From the IMG/VR virus record IMGVR_UViG_3300037808_002146: 64,000 nt of DNA. One strand, written 5' to 3'. Source of the stretch: a virus. Its lineage: Duplodnaviria; Caudoviricetes. Under the pieces are notes generated by a model, which did no database searches, had not been told where the DNA came from, and saw only the letters and a list, made by a program, of their open reading frames with translations. How positions within the stretch are numbered: position 1 is the stretch's first letter; each line of letters opens with the position of its first letter. The position numbers were made by a program, and so were the translations under genes. Shown piece by piece: positions 9,819 to 19,353 of this stretch.

Positions 9819-9852
9819 AGTCTGCTGTGTATACCAATTCCACCACCCAGCC
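9819..9852 (-). tRNA. 5' half of split tRNA-Leu(UAA), positions 1-33
   Basis: GGCTGGG-TG-GTGGAATTGGTATACAC-A-GCAGA-CT, then sequence unrelated to tRNA. Confidence 0.8.
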
Positions 9853-9857
9853 TTAAG

Positions 9858-9941
9858 TTATCTTTTTTGAGTAGGGACAATGATCGAAAATCCAAGCCAC
9901 ATTACAAAACCTACGCACAGTATCGCAAATATTTCTATCAT
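9858..9941 (-). CDS. small membrane peptide (27 aa)
   Basis: MIEIFAILCVGFVMWLGFSIIVPTQKR; ATGA overlap with the HAD gene. Confidence 0.5.
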   Translation of the reverse strand: MIEIFAILCVGFVMWLGFSIIVPTQKR

Positions 9942-10411
9942 TTCTTCATCTTTTTATTCTTTAATCCTTCTAAATAATCAAACTGCATTTTTTGAAGATT
10001 GCATGTAAAAAATGGATCAGCTTTTTCAAAAGCTGATAGATATTTTTCGCTCATAACAGGTTGGAATACTTGAATATCATGATCTTTCAGTAACTTAACA
10101 TAGTACGGATTATCATCAAAAAAGATCTTTATATCATATCTTTTAAGGAGGCTTAACTTGTGGTATGCCATCTTTTCAAAATGCTCTAAGCTCATATCTT
10201 TCTTTTCATACTCAAACCCGCACAAGATATCGTCATAATCGCTGTCTATATAAAGACCTAATTTTTCTAAATCTCTAAGAATCTCTTCTCGCTGTGAAGC
10301 TGGAGTACCTGTAACAATATAAACTCTGCCATGCGACCATCCTTTAATCAAAGCCCTAAAAAAATCGGGAGCATATGATATAGTGTCGTGAAAATCTAAA
10401 CCAATGTTCAA
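9938..10411 (-). CDS. HAD-superfamily phosphatase
   Basis: motif I LDFHDT, motif II IVTG, motif IV FFDDNP; likely TTG start at 10411 because the ORF-track N-terminus is read-through of tRNA-Arg. Confidence 0.75.
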   Translation of the reverse strand: MNIGLDFHDTISYAPDFFRALIKGWSHGRVYIVTGTPASQREEILRDLEKLGLYIDSDYDDILCGFEYEKKDMSLEHFEKMAYHKLSLLKRYDIKIFFDDNPYYVKLLKDHDIQVFQPVMSEKYLSAFEKADPFFTCNLQKMQFDYLEGLKNKKMKK

Positions 10412-10433
10412 TTTAAGTCCTAAAAAAATAAAG

Positions 10434-10507
<74 letters not shown>

Positions 10508-10546
10508 ATGGACCGGTTTTAAAGGGACCGGCAAACCCTATATTCG

Positions 10547-10927
10547 CTATGCTCCGGAATCGCCACCGGCTCCAGCAGCTCCGTCTGTTTCTTCAACAGC
10601 TTCACCACCAGCGCCAGCATCAGCTTCCTCCTCGACAACTTCACCAGCTGTACCGCCAGCAGCTTCTTCGCTACCAGCATCGGAACCGCCGGCTCCACCA
10701 GCTGCTTCGACTTCTTCCTCGACAGCTTCGCCACCAGCACCGCCGGCAGCCTCTCCCGAGTCATTGTCAGCTTCCACGCCTACATCCGCTTCGGCCTCAA
10801 CTTCGCCCCCCGCGTCTGCAGTCATTTCAACAGCATCGTCTGTCACATCATCATCGTCATCACCGCACCCCGCAAAACCAATTGCAACGCCTAGTACTAA
10901 CGTGATTAAAAATAATAGTTCTCTCAT
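10547..10927 (-). CDS. acidic low-complexity lipoprotein
   Basis: lipobox FAGC followed by GDDDDD and Ala/Gly/Glu repeats, in the style of myxobacterial lipoproteins. Confidence 0.7.
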   Translation of the reverse strand: MRELLFLITLVLGVAIGFAGCGDDDDDVTDDAVEMTADAGGEVEAEADVGVEADNDSGEAAGGAGGEAVEEEVEAAGGAGGSDAGSEEAAGGTAGEVVEEEADAGAGGEAVEETDGAAGAGGDSGA

Positions 10928-10996
10928 ATCAATATCCTCCTTTCATAAAGATTTGCCTACCTTGTAGGACTTTGTTAAAAAAATAATCTGCGTTAC

Positions 10997-11086
10997 TTAG
11001 CGATTCTTTCTGTACCAATCAAAAGCAACCGAACCTAAGAATATAGCTACTCCCAAAGTAGCAACATTAACAAGAAATTCAATCAT
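10997..11086 (-). CDS. small membrane peptide (29 aa)
   Basis: MIEFLVNVATLGVAIFLGSVAFDWYRKNR; ATGA-coupled. Confidence 0.5.
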   Translation of the reverse strand: MIEFLVNVATLGVAIFLGSVAFDWYRKNR

Positions 11087-11253
11087 CTAAACGCTCCTAG
11101 AAAAAACGCTGAAACTATCATATGAACGACGACTGCTAGAGATACTGCATAGATCAAATTCCTATTTTGAGTTGCAGCTACTTCATTCAATCTAATTTTT
11201 TCGCCATTTTCGTCTGCTTGATTTTTAACGTCTCTTACTCTTACTTGTCCCAT
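11083..11253 (-). CDS. small membrane protein (56 aa)
   Basis: GGAG RBS; C-terminal hydrophobic helix. Confidence 0.55.
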   Translation of the reverse strand: MGQVRVRDVKNQADENGEKIRLNEVAATQNRNLIYAVSLAVVVHMIVSAFFLGAFR

Positions 11254-11273
11254 TTACTCCTCCTTCATTATAA

Positions 11274-11350
<77 letters not shown>

Positions 11351-11357
11351 AAAATAG

Positions 11358-11430
11358 TGGGCCACCCCGGACTCGAACCGGGAACCAGCGGATTAAAAGT
11401 CCGATGCGCTACCAATTGCGCCAGTAGCCC
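11358..11430 (-). tRNA. tRNA-Lys(UUU)
   Basis: GGGCTAC acceptor, TCGGA-CT-TTT-AA-TCCGC, TTCGAGT. Confidence 0.92.
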
Positions 11431-11542
11431 TCATATTAATCATATTCATTGTATGTATAAACCGCACTTATGAAATCATAAACGAAATGTGCCAAAAGTA
11501 CGGTAAAAAAAGTTTCCCAAAAACCCATTGCAAATCCTAAAA

Positions 11543-11618
11543 TGGAGCTGGTGATAGGACTTGAACCTACAACCTGCTGATTACAAATCAGCTGCTCTAC
11601 CAATTGAGCTACACCAGC
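11543..11618 (-). tRNA. tRNA-Thr(UGU)
   Basis: GCTGGTG acceptor, GCTGA-TT-TGT-AA-TCAGC, CCA encoded. Confidence 0.95.
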
Positions 11619-11625
11619 TTGTCAA

Positions 11626-12762
11626 TTAGATGACGCACTCTCGAAAAAAGCCGCGACAAACAGTTTGAAAGTATGCTGTGCTTCCTTCTAAATCGGAATG
11701 CATAGTATACAAAACTTTGTGGTCGTTTGCTGCCTTAGCAACTTCAGCTTTCTTCCAAACATCATCTACCATATTATATGCAAATTCTCGCAACTCTTCA
11801 GGTAAAGTGTGAAACATTTTTTCCAACCTTTCGTTACGAATACAATTCATAATGTATTTGTAGCTTAGCTTAGACTTAACCATTTGACCAATGTAATCAA
11901 TATACTTAAACTTAATAAGCTGACCACCTAAGTCCATAACCCAACCTTCGTTATTATGGATGGAGCGGTCGTTAATTTCTTCAATCATTTGATCTAGAGT
12001 CATCATTCGCGCATGAGGTAAAGTAAATAACTCAGAGTTATCGCTAACAAGCATCTCAATGTGCCGAAGAGGTAACTTTGTACCATCGCTAGTATAAGCT
12101 GCTAATAGATACAGCGTTTCCTGACCGTCATAATCGACATGGACCTCGGTGTTCGGGGTAACCAATTCAACTACGACTGAAAGTAAGTCACCTCCAATTG
12201 TATTGTTCATGCGGTTGAAGTCATCTACAGTAAACATAGATAGAGCTTCGATTGAACTAGTAGTTCCGAACTTGCCGCGAGTTGTTGCGCAAAGATCTCC
12301 ATTATGAAGAAAATACTCAATCATATGTCCATCGGCTTTTTCGCGAGCAACATATTCGTTTTGTCCACACTTTTCGCGAAGAGCTTCGTAAGTATTCTCT
12401 GGCAACTCATTAGCATTGAAAAACTTTTCAAAACCCCTTGAAACTAAAGTTGGTACTTCGGTCGTGAAGTTATAAATCAAACCTCGCATTTCCCTAAGCG
12501 GTTGCGACCAACCTCCTTCGACATCGTGAAGCTCGTTATGAGCTTGTCCTGTGTAGTTGAGTAAAATTAAGCCGCGCTCTTCATCGATGTCAAAGCCAAG
12601 TAGCGTACCTGGATTTTCAAAGTCGGTGTGATCTAACTCGAGCAAAGTCTTGAGTTCGCTAGCATGCTTCTTTTTGAAGCTAGCCCACTTCTCTTTTTTA
12701 TCTTGTTGAGTACGAATCTCACTAGTGATGAGTTGAACGATACGGGCGATATTCTTATTCAT
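11626..12762 (-). CDS. RNA ligase, T4 Rnl1-like
   Basis: SRGFEKFFN, nucleotidyltransferase motif I KADG, ELVTP, EGWV, KFK. Confidence 0.85.
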   Translation of the reverse strand: MNKNIARIVQLITSEIRTQQDKKEKWASFKKKHASELKTLLELDHTDFENPGTLLGFDIDEERGLILLNYTGQAHNELHDVEGGWSQPLREMRGLIYNFTTEVPTLVSRGFEKFFNANELPENTYEALREKCGQNEYVAREKADGHMIEYFLHNGDLCATTRGKFGTTSSIEALSMFTVDDFNRMNNTIGGDLLSVVVELVTPNTEVHVDYDGQETLYLLAAYTSDGTKLPLRHIEMLVSDNSELFTLPHARMMTLDQMIEEINDRSIHNNEGWVMDLGGQLIKFKYIDYIGQMVKSKLSYKYIMNCIRNERLEKMFHTLPEELREFAYNMVDDVWKKAEVAKAANDHKVLYTMHSDLEGSTAYFQTVCRGFFRECVI

Positions 12763-12794
12763 GGTTTCTCCATGTTGTTGTTGATTATGATATT

Positions 12795-12823
12795 ATTATG
12801 CCATATATGATTTAGTTTTGCAC
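12795..12823 (-). promoter_or_regulatory. promoter GTGCAA-N17-CATAAT
   Basis: same architecture as the other copies; directly upstream of the RNA ligase. Confidence 0.65.
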
Positions 12824-12828
12824 GAATA

Positions 12829-13245
12829 CTATTTGTTTGTTTGCAGAAAATTAATTACAGGCTTGAATCTAGCGGGATACAAAAACCCAATTTCCGCTAA
12901 AGGTACCCATTTCCATTCATCATGTTCCGGCTTGCCTAAATCTGGGTTAATAGGCAAAAACGGTTGCTTATTCGATATCCTTGCTGCTAAGAAGTAAGTT
13001 GCAGTCTTTCTATTTTGACCGGTACCATATACAATCGAAGGCACAGTAGCACCAGTTAAAATATAGTCAACGCCATCTTGAAGGCCTGTTTCTTCTAAAG
13101 TTTCTCGTATTGCAGCTTCGACATTAGACTCTTCTTTATTGAGTTGACCTTTTGGAAAATCCCAATTAGAATAAGCGCGAAGGCAGAGAATAGTCTTCTC
13201 AGGCCCATAATGATCCACAATGAGTATACCAGCAGAATATTTCAT
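12829..13245 (-). CDS. NUDIX hydrolase (Ap4A hydrolase-like)
   Basis: WDFPKG...EAAIRETLEETG Nudix box. Confidence 0.9.
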   Translation of the reverse strand: MKYSAGILIVDHYGPEKTILCLRAYSNWDFPKGQLNKEESNVEAAIRETLEETGLQDGVDYILTGATVPSIVYGTGQNRKTATYFLAARISNKQPFLPINPDLGKPEHDEWKWVPLAEIGFLYPARFKPVINFLQTNK

Positions 13246-13248
13246 ATC

Positions 13249-13443
13249 TTATCCTCTGTGAGGTATCAAGGCTAATCGAGAGTGTGATGACATATTCCCC
13301 CTGCGATCTCCAGGACGTTTCCAGGTAATATGATAGAGATCATTCTTGTGATCAGCGAACTCGATAGTACCAACCATACGATCGCTACCATCTCTCAGTT
13401 TGACCTTTTTTCCACGGCCATAATATCTACCTAAGTTGCTCAT
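13249..13443 (-). CDS. small SH3-like hypothetical protein
   Basis: 64 aa, first gene after the promoter at 13468. Confidence 0.6.
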   Translation of the reverse strand: MSNLGRYYGRGKKVKLRDGSDRMVGTIEFADHKNDLYHITWKRPGDRRGNMSSHSRLALIPHRG

Positions 13444-13467
13444 TAATATTTCCTTCCTTATGTATCT

Positions 13468-13496
13468 ATTATACCATAGTCAGACTGAATTTGCAC
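13468..13496 (-). promoter_or_regulatory. promoter GTGCAA-N17-TATAAT
   Basis: TCGTGCAAA...TGGTATAATAGATACATAAGGAAGG. Confidence 0.75.
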
Positions 13497-13519
13497 GAAT
13501 ATACAATTTTATTTAATTT

Positions 13520-15421
13520 TTATGCATCTTTAAATTCTGTATCGACTACATCATCGGTTTGCTCTTGGCTCTCTTCAGCCGATTCAGCCGCAGGCTGTTG
13601 GGATGTAGCCGCGGCTTCTTGCATAGCTTTTTGGTACATTTTAGCCACAGCTTCTTGGACTGTTTTTTCGAACTCATCCAGCATAGCAGCAATCTCTTCA
13701 TGATTATCGGTACCAACTAAAGATTTTGCATTCGTCATGGTAGATCGAAGTTCTTCTAGATCTCCATGTTCCATCTTATCTTCGTGTTCCGACATAGTCT
13801 TTTCGGTTTGATATACCAAACTTTCAAGTTTATTCATGTTATCGATTTGAGTTCTTCTCTCTTGATCTCTTTCTTTGTTAGCTTGAGCATCATTGACCAT
13901 GCTTTGAATCTCATCGTCGGAGAGAGAGCCACCATTCTCTATTACTACACTTTGTTCCTTACCAGTCATTTTATCTTTAGCAGATACGCTAACGATACCA
14001 TTAGCGTCAATGTCGAATGTTACTTCAACCTGAGGAATTCCTCTTGGCGCTGGTGGAATGTCTCCCAACTTGAAATTGCCCAAAGTCTTATTGTCATTTG
14101 CAAACTCTCGTTCTCCTTGGAGAACATGAATATCGACAGCCGACTGGTTATCAGCTGCTGTACTAAATGTTTCAGACTTTTTGCATGGAATCGTCGTGTT
14201 TCTGTCTATGAGCTTAGTCATAACGCCACCCAAGGTTTCAATCCCAAGCGAGAGAGGCGTAACATCTAGCAATAGAATATCATTAACCTCACCAGAAAAT
14301 ACTCCACCTTGGACTGCTGCACCCAATGCGACAACTTCATCCGGATTAACAGAAGAGTTACACTTCTTCCCAAAAAGATCTTCAACAGCTCTTCTCACTA
14401 CGGGCGTTCTAGTAGATCCTCCAACTAGAATAATTTCATCTATTTCAGAGGTATCTAAGTTTGCGTCTTTGAGCGCAGACTTTACAGGCTCTAAAGATCT
14501 TTGTACTAAACCGTCAATCAACTGTTCAAATTTAGATCTCGTTAACGACATATTTAAATGCTTTGGCCCTGATGCGTCTGCAGTTAAAAATGGTAAATTG
14601 ATATCTGTCGACTGTGTACTAGACAATTCAATCTTTGCTTTCTCTGCAGCTTCTTTTAAGCGTTGCATTACCATCGAATCGTTTGAAACATCGACTCCAG
14701 TAGTTTCCTTAAAGTGAGAGACGATGTGATCAATTAAGATATTGTCAAAATCGTCGCCACCCAAGTGCGTATCTCCATTCGTGCTTAAGACTTCTACAAC
14801 TCCGGAGTCTATTTCTAATATAGAGATATCAAAAGTACCGCCGCCTAAATCATAGACGGCAATCTTTTGCTCTCCATTCTTGTCCATTCCATAAGCCAAT
14901 GCTGCGGCTGTTGGTTCGTTGATGATACGCTTAACATCGAGGCCGGCAATTTTTCCAGCATCTCGAGTCGCTTGCCTTTGAGCATCATTAAAGTAAGCGG
15001 GAACTGTGATTACCGCTTCTGTAACTGTTTCACCAAGATAACGTTCTGCGGCCTCTTTTAACTTAGAGAGTACTTGAGCGCTAATTTCCTGAGGAGAATA
15101 ATCTTTATCAGCAATTTTAATCCTGCAAGATCCGTCCTTGGTATTAGTAACTTCGTATGGAACTCTGTTTATCTCTTCTTTCATGTCATCGGTTTTCATC
15201 CCAATGAAACGCTTAGCTGAGAATATTGTTTTATTCGGGTTAGTTACTGCTTGCCTCCTTGCGGTTTGACCTACAAGCCTATCTCCCGTGTCAGTAAAAG
15301 CAACAACTGAAGGTGTTGTCCTACTCCCTTCTTCGTTGTTGATTACTTGTGGATCTCCACCGGAAATAACAGCAACACAAGAGTTTGTTGTTCCTAAATC
15401 GATACCAATAACTTTTGACAT
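13520..15421 (-). CDS. dnaK: molecular chaperone DnaK (Hsp70)
   Basis: [36 protein letters not shown]; full length. Confidence 0.98.
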   Translation of the reverse strand: MSKVIGIDLGTTNSCVAVISGGDPQVINNEEGSRTTPSVVAFTDTGDRLVGQTARRQAVTNPNKTIFSAKRFIGMKTDDMKEEINRVPYEVTNTKDGSCRIKIADKDYSPQEISAQVLSKLKEAAERYLGETVTEAVITVPAYFNDAQRQATRDAGKIAGLDVKRIINEPTAAALAYGMDKNGEQKIAVYDLGGGTFDISILEIDSGVVEVLSTNGDTHLGGDDFDNILIDHIVSHFKETTGVDVSNDSMVMQRLKEAAEKAKIELSSTQSTDINLPFLTADASGPKHLNMSLTRSKFEQLIDGLVQRSLEPVKSALKDANLDTSEIDEIILVGGSTRTPVVRRAVEDLFGKKCNSSVNPDEVVALGAAVQGGVFSGEVNDILLLDVTPLSLGIETLGGVMTKLIDRNTTIPCKKSETFSTAADNQSAVDIHVLQGEREFANDNKTLGNFKLGDIPPAPRGIPQVEVTFDIDANGIVSVSAKDKMTGKEQSVVIENGGSLSDDEIQSMVNDAQANKERDQERRTQIDNMNKLESLVYQTEKTMSEHEDKMEHGDLEELRSTMTNAKSLVGTDNHEEIAAMLDEFEKTVQEAVAKMYQKAMQEAAATSQQPAAESAEESQEQTDDVVDTEFKDA

Positions 15422-15432
15422 GAGCTTACTCC

Positions 15433-15852
15433 TTAATTAACTTCAATTTTTTTCGTCTTATTAATATTAACATCCTTAACTGGGATGTTCAAGTTAAGAA
15501 TTCCCGCAATATACTCTGCTTGAATACCTTCAACATTGACATCTTTTGGCAGAGCCCAAGAGCGAGAAAACTTATGATAAGAATATTCTTGTCTTAGGGA
15601 ATTTTCATTTTTTCCACAATCGTTTTCTGTCGATACTGTTAAGTTGTTATCAAAAACCTCTATATTAAAATCCCCTCTAGATAAACCAGGCGCTGCGATT
15701 TCAATTCGATATCCTTTATCGTCCCTAGAGACATTTGCCCCAGGGATAGAACTATTTTCGACTATTGAATATTTCTTATTTGGTTTAGCTAACGCATTGA
15801 ACAAACTATCAAATTCTCCAAAAAAACTATCACGAACTATTGGGTTAAACAT
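15433..15852 (-). CDS. small heat-shock protein Hsp20
   Basis: alpha-crystallin pattern APG...[11 protein letters not shown]...[13 protein letters not shown]. Confidence 0.92.
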   Translation of the reverse strand: MFNPIVRDSFFGEFDSLFNALAKPNKKYSIVENSSIPGANVSRDDKGYRIEIAAPGLSRGDFNIEVFDNNLTVSTENDCGKNENSLRQEYSYHKFSRSWALPKDVNVEGIQAEYIAGILNLNIPVKDVNINKTKKIEVN

Positions 15853-15991
15853 GCTTTTCTCCTTTTTTTATTAATGTGCACATTCTTGGTTGCTCTCAAG
15901 AGAAACCAGTATTAATACGATAAACACCGTTTTTGAGACGAACACTGCTTGAAGTGATTTTTTTTATAAAAAAATAAAAAGTGTAATGATT

Positions 15992-16480
15992 TTATCTACT
16001 TAGGATTTGATTTTTTTTTGAATCTATCAGCAAATAATTCTTGATTACTTTTCTTGAGTATCTCATGCCGTACTTATTTGGCTTTTTTCCAGAACACCTG
16101 AAGCCTGCATTGTAACCGCATAGTGCTCGAGATAGATCACCTTTATGATAATCTATCCACCAAGATAAAATTTTTGCTCCAGATTTTATGGAGATTTTTG
16201 GATTTTTTAACTGATCACAAGTCAATTTTTTAAAAAGTGGAGGGCCGTGAGTATATTTTGGCATCACCTGAGTTAAACCACAAGCTCCAGCAGAACTCAC
16301 AGCTTTTTTGTGGAACGAACTCTCAACGAATATCAAGCTAATCATAACCTCTGGCTTTATGTTGTGCTTTTGAGAAGCTACGATGATGTCGGGAATATAC
16401 TTACAGGCTTTTTTGTTTCTATAATCCGACATGTCTAAAGGGATTATAGACATACAGAGAGCGAGTATCATTTCATTCAT
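15992..16480 (-). CDS. lytic transglycosylase (SLT domain)
   Basis: VESS catalytic Glu, AVSSAGACGLTQVMP, ALCGYNAG. Confidence 0.9.
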   Translation of the reverse strand: MNEMILALCMSIIPLDMSDYRNKKACKYIPDIIVASQKHNIKPEVMISLIFVESSFHKKAVSSAGACGLTQVMPKYTHGPPLFKKLTCDQLKNPKISIKSGAKILSWWIDYHKGDLSRALCGYNAGFRCSGKKPNKYGMRYSRKVIKNYLLIDSKKNQILSR

Positions 16481-16710
16481 TCAATATCCCAAAATTCTGG
16501 AGGATCTGCTGATATAGTTTTTGATTGTTCTAAACTTTCTCTCTCTCTTCTGGAAGATATCGCTTTCTCTATTATTCTGATTAGATCGCAGTTATCAAAA
16601 GTTTCAATACCAAGATCAGTTCGGACGATTTTCAAGGTCGATAACCTAATGCTATTCAATAGCTGAATAACATGATCTCCTTTAACTACCAGTGGATCGT
16701 AATTGTTCAT
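16477..16710 (-). CDS. hypothetical protein
   Basis: 77 aa, coupled to the SLT gene; TATAAT upstream at 16719-16724. Confidence 0.55.
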   Translation of the reverse strand: MNNYDPLVVKGDHVIQLLNSIRLSTLKIVRTDLGIETFDNCDLIRIIEKAISSRRERESLEQSKTISADPPEFWDIE

Positions 16711-16748
16711 AGCATAATATTATAAGAAACAAACAATAAGTTTATAAC

Positions 16749-17174
16749 TTAGTCAGAATCATCATACAAACTTTGATCGTCCCATGGGTAATCAAAATCG
16801 CTGTTGTCTACGTAGCTATGGCCTATTGGTAAATCTAAAGTAGCAAATGATTTAGATTTTTTAGAAATTACAGGAATTTTTTTCTTGTTTCTTTTATCGT
16901 GCTTTTCAACCAAAGAGATTGGTTGAGTCAAAACGCCAGATGGATCTCCGCCTTGAAAAACTCGGAGCTTAGTGCCGTCATCTAATGTTAATACTGGATC
17001 CATGTATTTTATCTTAGGGTGGTTAATTAGTTCAGCAGCTGTTACCTTTATCAAAGGCTTATAGGAAGAAGAGTTTCTATCATTAGGGATTAGGAATTTA
17101 CCCTCAGAATCTGGAGTCAGTTTCACGCGGTGATTGTTTGCATAAATTGAGATTGATGTAATATTCCGGCTCAT
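16749..17174 (-). CDS. hypothetical protein
   Basis: 141-aa ORF. Confidence 0.6.
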   Translation of the reverse strand: MSRNITSISIYANNHRVKLTPDSEGKFLIPNDRNSSSYKPLIKVTAAELINHPKIKYMDPVLTLDDGTKLRVFQGGDPSGVLTQPISLVEKHDKRNKKKIPVISKKSKSFATLDLPIGHSYVDNSDFDYPWDDQSLYDDSD

Positions 17175-17186
17175 ATGTTTATGTGA

Positions 17187-17387
17187 CTAGTTTTTTTCTT
17201 CAGACTTGTTAGTGTAGCCGTCTTTGTACCAACCGCTACCTTTAAGAGTAAAAGAGCTTCTAGCTAGCATCTTATTAGTTAGGTTAGATTCGCAATTTTC
17301 GCATTCAACTTCACCATCATCCGAGATTTTTCTTATGACTGTAAATTCGTATCCGCAACTATCGCATTTAAACTTGTATATTGGCAT
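17187..17387 (-). CDS. FmdB-family zinc-ribbon protein
   Basis: MPIYKFKCDSCG...CENCES...FTLKGSGWY. Confidence 0.9.
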   Translation of the reverse strand: MPIYKFKCDSCGYEFTVIRKISDDGEVECENCESNLTNKMLARSSFTLKGSGWYKDGYTNKSEEKN

Positions 17388-17398
17388 TTTTTCTCCTG

Positions 17399-17989
17399 CT
17401 AGATTTCTGTATCTAGTAAAATTTTATTCACACGTTCTATTAATTTTGTATGTCTTTTAGTCCACCCAGAAAAATTCGAACCTTCATGATCTGGATCTCC
17501 GTGAACTATGTTTTTTCTCCATATGATGGCATGTATGATTTCATGAATTAAAGCAGAAGACCACAGTTGAGAAGTTCTCACTTCTACCCAGATCAAATCC
17601 TTGTTCATAGCTAGCCCGCTAACAGGAACTTTGCCGACAATTAGCTTCCCGCTAATATCATGAGCGGCACCCACTGTTTTTGGTATTGCGCTAAACTCTA
17701 TCTTTAAATCTCTCAACAAAGACCAAGTTTTAGATTTACTAATTTGGAATTCTTCTGAATATTCGTTTACAAATATGTCTAATGCTTGTTTAACGATATC
17801 GAGTTTAAAGAGATAATCCTGGCAATTTGTAGCAGACATCTTTATATTTGGCGTGCCTGGTATCATTTTAATACTAAAGCTTTTTTTGCAATCGTATAAA
17901 AAGACGCTCGAGCTGCTTTGGCTATGGCAAGCATTGAAACCAGGGAACAATAAGATAGTTAAGACAGTCAAATGCTTTAATAGCTTCAT
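17399..17989 (-). CDS. lipoprotein with HExxH zincin-like motif
   Basis: signal peptide with Cys, LIHEIIH, downstream GDPDHEG. Confidence 0.55.
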   Translation of the reverse strand: MKLLKHLTVLTILLFPGFNACHSQSSSSVFLYDCKKSFSIKMIPGTPNIKMSATNCQDYLFKLDIVKQALDIFVNEYSEEFQISKSKTWSLLRDLKIEFSAIPKTVGAAHDISGKLIVGKVPVSGLAMNKDLIWVEVRTSQLWSSALIHEIIHAIIWRKNIVHGDPDHEGSNFSGWTKRHTKLIERVNKILLDTEI

Positions 17990-18090
17990 ACTTTTAAATA
18001 TAAAAATTAGAAACTCTTATTCTCTTTTAGTGAGAATTTTCTATAAAACAGCCTCAGCGTACTTAGAAACGATAAATTTAAATTTACGAA

Positions 18091-18180
18091 TGGCGGAGAG
18101 GGAGGGATTCGAACCCCCGGTACGTTGCCGCACGCTGGTTTTCAAGACCAGTGCATTAAGCCAGGCTCTGCCACCTCTCC
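18091..18180 (-). tRNA. tRNA-Ser(UGA)
   Basis: GGAGAGG acceptor, CTGGT-CT-TGA-AA-ACCAG, long variable arm, CCA encoded. Confidence 0.95.
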
Positions 18181-18216
18181 ATCTGGTAATAAATTATAAA
18201 TTTCTTTGCTAAGTGT

Positions 18217-18501
18217 TCAGAATATTTTAGTGTTGTTTAACCAAGCATTTTGGCAAACCTCAATGTGCTTTGATCTCATCTTCTCCCTCTCCCTCTTCAA
18301 TTCTTTTTGTTCCGCTGTTAATTTATCGTAGATGCTGTTAGGTAAAACCGCTACCCCATAACACTTTTCCGGTATTTTAAATTCGTATAGAGCAGAGTTT
18401 GTATGATGAAACTTTTTCAAAAACTCAAAAGTACTCCCAACTGGATACTCTTTCCCTCGAGGCGATCGCCATGGCTTTTTTAGAGTAGCGGTATAGATCA
18501 A
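18217..18501 (-). CDS. hypothetical protein
   Basis: 94 aa, ATGA-coupled to iscU. Confidence 0.6.
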   Translation of the reverse strand: MIYTATLKKPWRSPRGKEYPVGSTFEFLKKFHHTNSALYEFKIPEKCYGVAVLPNSIYDKLTAEQKELKREREKMRSKHIEVCQNAWLNNTKIF

Positions 18502-18881
18502 TTTTTTTGTTTGTTTTTATAATCTTCTATAGCTGCTTTGATCGCGTCTTCTGCTAACACTGAGCAGTGAATTTTTACAGGCGGTAGCGAAAGATGCTCT
18601 GCGATTTCTGTATTCTTAATCAGCAGGGCTTCATCTAAAGATCTTCCCTTCACCCACTCTGTTAATAAGCTAGAGCTAGCAATTGCAGAGCCGCATCCGT
18701 AAGTTTTAAATTTTGCATCTTCAATAGTACCATCGCTATTGACTTTGATTTGAAGCCTCATCACATCACCGCAAGCCGGTGCGCCAACAAGGCCAGTCCC
18801 AACACTATCGTCACTTTTATCAAGAGTTCCAACGTTTCTCGGATTTTCATAGTGATCTATTACCTTTTTAGAATACGCCAT
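18498..18881 (-). CDS. iscU: Fe-S cluster scaffold IscU
   Basis: YSKKVIDHYENPRNVG, APACGD, YGCGSAIA, LPPVKIHC. Confidence 0.97.
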   Translation of the reverse strand: MAYSKKVIDHYENPRNVGTLDKSDDSVGTGLVGAPACGDVMRLQIKVNSDGTIEDAKFKTYGCGSAIASSSLLTEWVKGRSLDEALLIKNTEIAEHLSLPPVKIHCSVLAEDAIKAAIEDYKNKQKN

Positions 18882-19156
18882 TAGCTCTCCTTACTTTCAA
18901 CAAAATATAAAGTTTGAGGATTTCCATCGAACCCAGTTATTTCAAACTTATAATCCCAGTTATTTTCGGACCCTAAGCAGTACAACTCCTCTGAAATTCT
19001 GGGCTTGCCAGACATTTTAGTAGAGTGTTCTAAGTGTCTCATTTTTATATCGTGTTCAATTTTTCTATATAAACCGGTATCATCATCTTTCTTGAAAGAT
19101 ACAGAGGTACCACTTGAAACATGAACTCCCCTCCTTCTAGCTGTACATTTTGCCAC
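18881..19156 (-). CDS. hypothetical protein
   Basis: 91 aa, GTG start after AAGGAG. Confidence 0.6.
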   Translation of the reverse strand: MAKCTARRRGVHVSSGTSVSFKKDDDTGLYRKIEHDIKMRHLEHSTKMSGKPRISEELYCLGSENNWDYKFEITGFDGNPQTLYFVESKES

Positions 19157-19257
19157 AATTTCTCCTTAAAGTAAATATTAACTATTATTAAGATACTCTT
19201 TATATGATTTAGAAAAAATGATAAAATATTTCATAATTTAATAAAATTGAAAGATAG

Positions 19258-19330
19258 TGGGCCCGCTCGGATTTGAACCGAGGACCGTCCGGTTATGAGC
19301 CGGGTGCTCTAACCACTGAGCTACAGGCCC
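19258..19330 (-). tRNA. tRNA with CAU anticodon, Ile2 (lysidine) type
   Basis: GGGCCTG acceptor, CCCGG-CT-CAT-AA-CCGGA; lacks the initiator C1:A72 mismatch and GGG/CCC anticodon stem; elongator Met is not excluded. Confidence 0.8.
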
Positions 19331-19353
19331 TTATATAAAATAAGGTTAAAATT

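Noticed and set aside
9629-9836. 10-bp inverted repeat (TGGTATACAC / GTGTATACCA) flanking the nested tRNA
   Set aside because: A match of this length is expected by chance within about 800 bp.
13491-15061. Plus-strand ORFs opposite dnaK, and similar shadows opposite other long genes (9086, 10480, 29254, 37241, 57270, 60124, 62362)
   Set aside because: These are antisense shadows of well-supported minus-strand genes and have no motifs.
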